Part shown: piece by piece, positions 57,635-64,000 of the stretch
Layout: each line of letters begins with the position of its first letter
Position numbering within the stretch: position 1 is the first letter of the stretch
Assembly (NCBI GenBank): GCA_045578345.1
Contig: JAZNKB010000006.1
Span: 38,911 to 102,910, forward strand
Origin: Candidatus Onthoplasma sp.
GTDB lineage: Bacteria; Bacillota; Clostridia; Christensenellales; UBA1242
DNA: 64,000 nucleotides
Direction of reading: 5' to 3'
Notes under the pieces: generated by a model
Database searches by the model: none
What the model was told of the DNA's origin: nothing
Seen by the model: the letters and a program-made list of their open reading frames with translations, nothing else
Translations under genes and position numbers: made by a program

Positions 57635-59713
57635 ATGAAGTTAGTATTTATAGAAGGACCTGGTAAAAGAGATACAATAGCAAAATATCTAGGAAGTGAA
57701 TATGTGGTTTTCCCAACAAAGGGCCATGTTCGTGATCTTCCAGCGAAAAGTTTCGCAATTGATTTAAATAACAACTATGAACCAACATATGAAATCATTC
57801 CAGAAAAGAAAGCATTGGTGGCGGAAATGAAAAAGAAAGCAGCAAATGCAGAAGCAATATACCTTGCAACCGACCCGGACCGCGAGGGTGAAGCAATAGC
57901 ATGGCATCTTGCAACAATTTTGGAGTTGGATAAAGACGCAATGGTAAGAACTGCTTTCAACGAAATAAGTAAGAAAGCAGTAAATGAAAGTATTAACAAT
58001 CCAAAACCACTTAACTTTGACCTTATCAACGCACAACAAGGTAGGAGAGTGTTGGATAGAATTGTGGGTTATCAATTAAGCCCATTGTTATCTAAGAAAA
58101 TTACAGGAAAACTAAGTGCTGGACGTGTTCAATCTGTAACACTTAAACTCATTGTAGACCGTGAAGATGCAATTCAAAACTTTGTACCTCAAGAATATTG
58201 GAACATAAGTGCAGAACTAAACAAAGATAATAAAAAATTCAAAGCGGACTTAATTCAATTTCAAGATAAAAAATTAGAAGTGGGAAATAAGGAAGAGGTC
58301 GACAAGATATTGAGTGCTGTTGAAAATACAGAATTTAAAGTAAATTCAGTTAAACGTCAAGTTGCTTATTCAAAACCACCAGCACCATATATCACAAGTA
58401 GTTTGCAACAAGATGCAGTTAGTAAACTTAAAATGACTTTGAATAGTTACACAAAATGCGCGCAATCACTTTATGAAGGTGTGATGATTCAAGGAGAAGG
58501 CAAAACTGCACTTGTAACATATATCCGTACTGACTCAACGCGTGTAAGTTTGGATGCTCAATTTATGGCAAAAGAATACATTCTTGAAAACTATGGTAAA
58601 GAATATCATCCTGGTAAATTTAATGAATTTACGTCAAAAGAAAGTGCACAAGATGCGCACGAAGCAATCAGACCAATTAATCTTAAATACACTCCAGAAT
58701 ATTTAAAAGATAAAATTGAAGACCAATATTTAAAGCTATACACATTGATTTACAAACGATTTATTGCAAGTCAAATGTCTTATGCTCAATATGATAGTTT
58801 AACAGTTGATGTTGTGGCTAATGATTATAAGTTCCGTGCAAGCGGAAAAGCACTCATCTTTGATGGATACACAAAGGTGTATAAGGTTGAAGAGGATGAC
58901 AAGAAAGGAATTAACATTCCTGATTGTGTTGAAGGTGAAGTGGTTATAAAGGAAAAAATCAACACAGAACAAAAGTTCACAAAACCACCAGTTCGTTTCA
59001 CTGAAGCAAGTTTGATTAAAGAAATGGAAGTGCAAGGAATTGGTAGACCAGCAACTTATGCTGCAACCGTAATGACGCTGTTCAATAGAGAATATATAAA
59101 AACCGATAAAAAGGCTCTTGTTCCAACCGAACTCGGTGTTCAAGTTACAAAATATTTGGAAGAATATTTTAAAAACATCATGAACATCAAATTTACAGCT
59201 GAAATGGAAGAACAATTGGACAACGTTGAACTTGGGAAACATAAATGGCAAGATATTGTTGATGTTTTTTACAAAGATTTCCATACTCAAATGGAATTTG
59301 CAAGCCAACAAATGGGTGTTAGCATGCCAAAACCAGCGCCAACTCCAAGTGACGTTAAATGTGATAAGTGTGGAGCAATGATGGTATATCGTGATGGTAA
59401 ATTTGGAAGATTCCTCGCTTGTTCAAATTTTCCACAGTGTAAAAACACAAAAAACATAAACCAACCAGTCAATCAAGTTGAAGAAAAGGGTAAGTGTCCA
59501 AAATGTGCTGGAGAGGTAAGTGCAAAATATTCAAAACGTGGCAAACTTTTCTTTGGTTGTGATAACTATCCAAAATGTGATTATATTTCTTGGGATTTGC
59601 CTCTTGAAGAAACATGCCCAACTTGTGGAGCAAATTTGTTCAAAAAGTTCCCAGCAAAAGGTGGAATACAAATAGTTTGTAATAATAAAGGTTGTTCATA
59701 TGTTAAAAATTAA
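57635..59713 (+). CDS. topA: DNA topoisomerase I
   Basis: Toprim LVFIEGPGK ... ATDPDREGEAIAWH, catalytic-Tyr region, three C-terminal C4 Zn fingers. Start moved to ATG 57635 behind aaggag. Confidence 0.97.
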   Translation: MKLVFIEGPGKRDTIAKYLGSEYVVFPTKGHVRDLPAKSFAIDLNNNYEPTYEIIPEKKALVAEMKKKAANAEAIYLATDPDREGEAIAWHLATILELDKDAMVRTAFNEISKKAVNESINNPKPLNFDLINAQQGRRVLDRIVGYQLSPLLSKKITGKLSAGRVQSVTLKLIVDREDAIQNFVPQEYWNISAELNKDNKKFKADLIQFQDKKLEVGNKEEVDKILSAVENTEFKVNSVKRQVAYSKPPAPYITSSLQQDAVSKLKMTLNSYTKCAQSLYEGVMIQGEGKTALVTYIRTDSTRVSLDAQFMAKEYILENYGKEYHPGKFNEFTSKESAQDAHEAIRPINLKYTPEYLKDKIEDQYLKLYTLIYKRFIASQMSYAQYDSLTVDVVANDYKFRASGKALIFDGYTKVYKVEEDDKKGINIPDCVEGEVVIKEKINTEQKFTKPPVRFTEASLIKEMEVQGIGRPATYAATVMTLFNREYIKTDKKALVPTELGVQVTKYLEEYFKNIMNIKFTAEMEEQLDNVELGKHKWQDIVDVFYKDFHTQMEFASQQMGVSMPKPAPTPSDVKCDKCGAMMVYRDGKFGRFLACSNFPQCKNTKNINQPVNQVEEKGKCPKCAGEVSAKYSKRGKLFFGCDNYPKCDYISWDLPLEETCPTCGANLFKKFPAKGGIQIVCNNKGCSYVKN

Positions 59714-61004
59714 TGTTATTGGAGCAGGTCTTGCTGGAAGCGAATGTGCATTATATCTAGCAAATAAGGGTTACATTGTTAATTTGTATGATATAAAGGG
59801 TGAAAAAATGAGTCCTGCTCATCACAGCAAAGATTACGCAGAAATTGTATGTTCAAACTCATTTAAAAGTGATGATGAAAACACAGCATCTGGTGTGTTT
59901 AAAAGAGAATTAACACTACTAGGAAGCGAGTTGATTAAAACTGCATATGGTGTCAGTGTTCCTGCTGGACAAGCTTTAGCTGTTGATCGAGACAAGTTTT
60001 CACGTATCATAACTGAAAAAATAAAAACACATAAAAACATAAATTTATTTTGCGAAGATGTGAAGTCTTTTGAAAAAGACGCAATAACAATTATCGCAAC
60101 AGGGCCATTAACAACAAAAAATATGTGCAACGCAATCAAAGAAAAGATTGGCGAAGATTTCTTGTATTTTTATGATGCAGCAGCACCAATTATATTGGCA
60201 GAGAGTATAGACACAAATATTGCATTCTTTGGAGCAAGATACAATAAAGGCGATGCGGATTACTTAAATTGCCCAATGAACAAAGAAGAATACACAAATT
60301 TCTATAACGAACTTATTAATGCAAAAACAGTTGAATTACATGAGTTTGAAAAGAAAAACATATTTGAAAGTTGTATGCCAATTGAAATTATGGCGCGTCG
60401 TGGAACTGATGCAATTCGTTTTGGGCCCCTCAAACCTGTTGGAATATTTAATCCAAACACAAACGAAAAATATTATGCCGTGGTTCAACTTAGAAAAGAA
60501 AATAATTCTGGCACAATGTATAACATGGTTGGCTTTCAAACAAACTTGATGTTCCCAGAGCAAAAACGTGTTTTCAGCATGATTCCAGGTCTTAAGAATG
60601 CAGAATTCTTACGTTATGGTGTTATGCATACAAACAACTATGTAAACTTTCCAAAATGCCTAGACATATACTCAAGACTAAAAGTTGACCATAATATATT
60701 CATTGCAGGGCAACTAAGTGGTGTTGAAGGATATGTTGAAAGTATAGGTAGTGGGTTGTATTGCGCAATCAACGTTGCAAGAATGTTGGAGCAGAAGGAA
60801 TTAATTAGTTTTTCTTCGGACACAATTATTGGTGGACTTTATAATTATTTGGTTAATGCCAACACAGATAATTTTCAGCCAATTAACGCAAATTTTGGAA
60901 TATTAAATCCAATAAACACGAAAGATAAACAACAACGCAACGTAGAATATCGCTTGCGTTCTTTAAAAGAAATTGATAAAATAAAATCAGTGATAGAAAG
61001 TTAA
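59700..61004 (+). CDS. trmFO: methylenetetrahydrofolate--tRNA-(uracil54-C5)-methyltransferase TrmFO (Gid)
   Basis: VIGAGLAGSE FAD motif. Position topA-trmFO-hslVU as in Bacillus. Confidence 0.95.
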   Translation: MLKINVIGAGLAGSECALYLANKGYIVNLYDIKGEKMSPAHHSKDYAEIVCSNSFKSDDENTASGVFKRELTLLGSELIKTAYGVSVPAGQALAVDRDKFSRIITEKIKTHKNINLFCEDVKSFEKDAITIIATGPLTTKNMCNAIKEKIGEDFLYFYDAAAPIILAESIDTNIAFFGARYNKGDADYLNCPMNKEEYTNFYNELINAKTVELHEFEKKNIFESCMPIEIMARRGTDAIRFGPLKPVGIFNPNTNEKYYAVVQLRKENNSGTMYNMVGFQTNLMFPEQKRVFSMIPGLKNAEFLRYGVMHTNNYVNFPKCLDIYSRLKVDHNIFIAGQLSGVEGYVESIGSGLYCAINVARMLEQKELISFSSDTIIGGLYNYLVNANTDNFQPINANFGILNPINTKDKQQRNVEYRLRSLKEIDKIKSVIES

Positions 61005-61047
61005 CTTATCGCTTAAACTAGAAGTTTAGACTAAAAGGAGAATTAAA

Positions 61048-61581
61048 TTGGAACAATTTAGAGGAACAACAATTGTTGCAGTCAAAAAAGATGGCAAAAC
61101 TGTCATTGCTGGAGACGGACAGGTTACAATGGGACAACAAGTAATTTTAAAAGGTACAGCACATAAGGTTAGGCGCCTTTTCGAAGGAAAAGTTGTTGTT
61201 GGCTTTGCTGGAGGCACAGCTGATGCATTTGCAATGTGCGAGGAATTTGAAAAGATGCTAAATAAATATAGTGGAAGCTTAATGCGTAGTGCTGTTGAAT
61301 ATGCAAAAAACATAAGAAATGGTCACAGAGGAAACTCTGAGGCTCTCATGATTGTTGCAGACAAAAACACATCGCTTATTTTAACAAGCATGGGTGATGT
61401 GATTGAACCGGACGATGGAATTTGCGCAATCGGTAGCGGTGGAAACTATGCTTTATCTGCAGCAAAAGCATTGCTCAAAAACACAGATTTAGATGCAAAG
61501 TCTATTGCCGTTAAAGCAATGGAAATTGCAAGTGATATTTGTGTTTTCACAAACTCAAATTATGTTGTGGAGGAAGTGTAA
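61048..61581 (+). CDS. hslV: ATP-dependent protease subunit HslV
   Basis: [22 protein letters not shown] and [17 protein letters not shown] start after aaaggag. Confidence 0.95.
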   Translation: MEQFRGTTIVAVKKDGKTVIAGDGQVTMGQQVILKGTAHKVRRLFEGKVVVGFAGGTADAFAMCEEFEKMLNKYSGSLMRSAVEYAKNIRNGHRGNSEALMIVADKNTSLILTSMGDVIEPDDGICAIGSGGNYALSAAKALLKNTDLDAKSIAVKAMEIASDICVFTNSNYVVEEV

Positions 61582-61582
61582 T

Positions 61583-62890
61583 ATGATGACTTGTAAAGAA
61601 ATTGTTAAGAACTTAGATGCTTACATCATTGGTCAAGCAAAAGCAAAAAGAGCGGTTGCAATTGCACTTAGAAACAGATATAGAAGAAGTAAACTTCCAA
61701 AAGATCTTAGTGATGAAATAACTCCTAAGAACATCATTTTAAAAGGTCCAACCGGTGTTGGTAAAACTGAAATTGCAAGAAGACTTGCAAAACTTGTTAA
61801 CGCACCCTTTGTTAAGGTTGAAGCAACAAAATACACTGAAGTTGGTTATGTTGGTCGCGATGTTGAGAGCATGGTTCGTGACCTTGTTGAAGCAAGTGTT
61901 AGAATTGTTAGAGCAGAACATTCTGCAAAAATTAAAGACAAAGCAATGGTAAGCGTTGATAAAAAGATAACTGACGCGCTTTACCCAATCAAAAAAGCAA
62001 ACAAGCCAGAAGAAATGGACACAGAAGTGTTCCGTGCAGCTTTTTATGAGGATTATAAAGCAGGGAAATTTGATAATGACGCAATTGATGTTGATGTTAA
62101 GGAACAGCCTAAAGCATTAAACTTAATGGACGGAATTGGCGCTGAAATTAATCTTGGTCAAATTATGGGTGGAGTGATAAAAACTCCAAGAAAAATGAAG
62201 AAAATGACAGTTGCACGCGCTAAGGAACTTTTGCTTGATGAAGAATGTGATAGACTCATTGACCCAGATTCACTCAATAAAGAAGCAATTTATCGTGCTG
62301 AACAAGAAGGAATTATTTTCATTGACGAAATAGATAAAATTGCAGCAAAGAAAAATAACGGTCAAGATGTTTCTCGTGAAGGTGTTCAACGTGATATACT
62401 TCCAATTGTTGAGGGAAGTGTTGTTAACACAAAATATGGTGTAATTCACACTGATTATATTCTGTTTATAGCGGCTGGTGCGTTCCACATCGCAAGTGTT
62501 AGCGATCTAATTCCAGAACTACAAGGTCGTTTCCCAATTCAAGTGGAATTAAATTCTCTTGATAAAGATGATTTTAAAAAGATATTAACAATCCCGCAAA
62601 ATGCAATAACAACACAGTATCAAAAATTGCTTGAAGTTGACAATATCGATTTGGAATTTACAGAAGATGCAATAGATGCAATTGCAGAGATTGCTGCAGA
62701 TGAGAATGAAACGAGAGAGAATATTGGAGCAAGAAGACTTCAAACTATAATGGAATTGTTGCTTGAAGATATATCATTCAATGCAAGCGATGAAAATCCA
62801 GTTGTAAAGGTTGTGATTGACCGACCTTTCGTTATTAACACAATGAAAGAAATAATCCACACGCATGATTTTAAAAAATATGTCTTGTAA
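61583..62890 (+). CDS. hslU: ATP-dependent protease ATPase subunit HslU
   Basis: LD.YIIGQ..AKRAVAIALRNR.RR, GPTGVGKTEIARRLA, IIFIDEIDKI. Start moved to ATG 61583, just after the hslV stop. Confidence 0.97.
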   Translation: MMTCKEIVKNLDAYIIGQAKAKRAVAIALRNRYRRSKLPKDLSDEITPKNIILKGPTGVGKTEIARRLAKLVNAPFVKVEATKYTEVGYVGRDVESMVRDLVEASVRIVRAEHSAKIKDKAMVSVDKKITDALYPIKKANKPEEMDTEVFRAAFYEDYKAGKFDNDAIDVDVKEQPKALNLMDGIGAEINLGQIMGGVIKTPRKMKKMTVARAKELLLDEECDRLIDPDSLNKEAIYRAEQEGIIFIDEIDKIAAKKNNGQDVSREGVQRDILPIVEGSVVNTKYGVIHTDYILFIAAGAFHIASVSDLIPELQGRFPIQVELNSLDKDDFKKILTIPQNAITTQYQKLLEVDNIDLEFTEDAIDAIAEIAADENETRENIGARRLQTIMELLLEDISFNASDENPVVKVVIDRPFVINTMKEIIHTHDFKKYVL

Positions 62891-63581
62891 TTTATATAAC
62901 AACGAAATATTCGCACGCTTTACTATGATGCTTAGTGTTGAACAAATCAAAAAGTTGTTTTCTTCCCGCATTATAGTTTTTGGCGTGGGAGGAGTTGGAG
63001 GAGCGGTTGTTCATATGCTTGCTCGAGCAGGAATTCATTATCTTGACATTGTTGATTTTGACAAAATTGATCTAACTAACATAAATCGTCAACTTGTTGC
63101 AAACGTGAATAACATAGGAAAACTAAAAGTTGATGAACTTGAAAATCAAATTTGTGAAATCAATCCGAAAGCGAAAGTAAAGAAGTATCCTTTTAAATTG
63201 GATGAAAAAACAATTGAAGATTTTGATTTCACTCAATATGATTATATTGTAGATTGTATTGATGACATAAATGCTAAAAAATTGCTGATAAAAAAAGCAA
63301 AGGAACTCAACGTTCCAATTTTGTGTGCAATGGGTGCTGGCAATAGGTATTCTGAAATTCCGCAGTTTGAAATTGTTGACATTTCCAAAACATCTTATGA
63401 TAAATTAGCAAAAATAATAAGAAAATTTTGTGCGGAAGAGAGAATAAATAAACTAGAAGTTTGTTATACTAAGCAAAAGCCACTTAAATTTGATTGCAAA
63501 ACGATTGGAAGTGTGGTATACTATCCATTGAATATGGCTAGCGTTATTAGTGCAAAAATTGTCAACGAAATTATAAAATAA
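62865..63581 (+). CDS. tcdA: ThiF/MoeB-like tRNA threonylcarbamoyladenosine dehydratase (TcdA family)
   Basis: VFGVGGVGGAVVHMLARAGI..LDIVDFDKIDLTNINRQ. Exact start uncertain. Confidence 0.85.
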   Translation: MILKNMSCNLYNNEIFARFTMMLSVEQIKKLFSSRIIVFGVGGVGGAVVHMLARAGIHYLDIVDFDKIDLTNINRQLVANVNNIGKLKVDELENQICEINPKAKVKKYPFKLDEKTIEDFDFTQYDYIVDCIDDINAKKLLIKKAKELNVPILCAMGAGNRYSEIPQFEIVDISKTSYDKLAKIIRKFCAEERINKLEVCYTKQKPLKFDCKTIGSVVYYPLNMASVISAKIVNEIIK

Positions 63582-63593
63582 GGGGATAAAATT

Positions 63594-63923
63594 ATGGATC
63601 CAGTAACAGAACTTGATTTTGAAGAAATTGTGGGTAGCGAAGAATTAACAATAATAGACTTTTCAGCTACTTGGTGTATGCCTTGTAGAATGTTAGCTCC
63701 AATCTTGGAGCAAGTGGCAGATAAAATGTCAGAAGTAAACTTCTATAATCTAGATATTGATGAAAATGAAGAGATTGCAAAACGTTATCGTATTTTTAGT
63801 GTGCCAACTCTTTTGGCATTTAAAGAAGGTAAGGTTATTGATAGTCTTGTTGGATTAAATAGCTATGATGAAGTTTTAGCATTTGTGAAACGATGCGACG
63901 AGGCTGAAGTTCCTGAAGATTAA
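63594..63923 (+). CDS. trxA: thioredoxin
   Basis: DFSATWCMPCRMLAP active site (WCxPC) and VPTLL.FK.G. Confidence 0.92.
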   Translation: MDPVTELDFEEIVGSEELTIIDFSATWCMPCRMLAPILEQVADKMSEVNFYNLDIDENEEIAKRYRIFSVPTLLAFKEGKVIDSLVGLNSYDEVLAFVKRCDEAEVPED

Positions 63924-64000
63924 AAAAGTAATATGGTGTTTGCATTGAGCAAATGCTATTTTTTTTAATAATTAACACGATTTGAATAAAAAATATTTTT

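Noticed and set aside
61493-61582. ORF-track N-terminal extensions: hslU from 61493, 36997 for the first triplicated gene, 19920 for secD, 10271 for yebC, 57617 for topA and 28342 for ytfJ.
   Set aside because: The extensions overlap upstream genes, promoters or terminators. Internal ATGs preceded by good SD sequences coincide with the conserved N-termini of the families.

Overview
AT-rich (by eye about one-third G+C) chromosomal core region of a Firmicutes-type bacterium. RuvC, YtfJ and a YtfI-like gene point to a Clostridia-class, possibly spore-forming organism, but the taxon cannot be fixed from this window. I support about 80 protein genes, and all but two are on the + strand. The backbone is housekeeping operons in Bacillus/Clostridium-like order: T-box/thrS, infC-rpmI-rplT, yebC, ruvC-ruvA..ruvB-queA..tgt-yajC-secD-secF-recJ, scpA-scpB, ytfJ, a PBP5-type carboxypeptidase, rluB, pcrA..ligA, smc-ftsY..ylxM-ffh..rpsP-KH..rimM-trmD..rbgA-rnhB-yraN..rplS, comM-dprA-topA-trmFO-hslV-hslU, tcdA and trxA. 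I found no rRNA, functional tRNA, CRISPR array, transposase, integrase, or recognisable defence or toxin system. Nearly every break in the conserved gene order holds a short accessory insert of small orphan genes, often tandem paralogues with their own consensus promoters. Most of these breaks also carry one of two dispersed intergenic repeat families. Family A has the core GTCATCCTGAGCG...CGAAGGATCCCC and shows compensatory stem changes between copies. Family B is a set of hairpins that start at the stop codon of the upstream gene, with a conserved loop and variable stems. Other points of interest: a Thr-specifier T-box separated from thrS by a repeat and a TSCPD gene; a 30-bp perfect duplication of the rplS 3' end; a decayed tRNA-Arg(ACG)-like remnant; a triplicated small-gene cassette with identical regulatory modules but diverged ORFs; three apparently leaderless genes; and one homopolymer-frameshifted gene. 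Functions of all orphan families are unknown, and I cannot claim a complete novel system from sequence alone.
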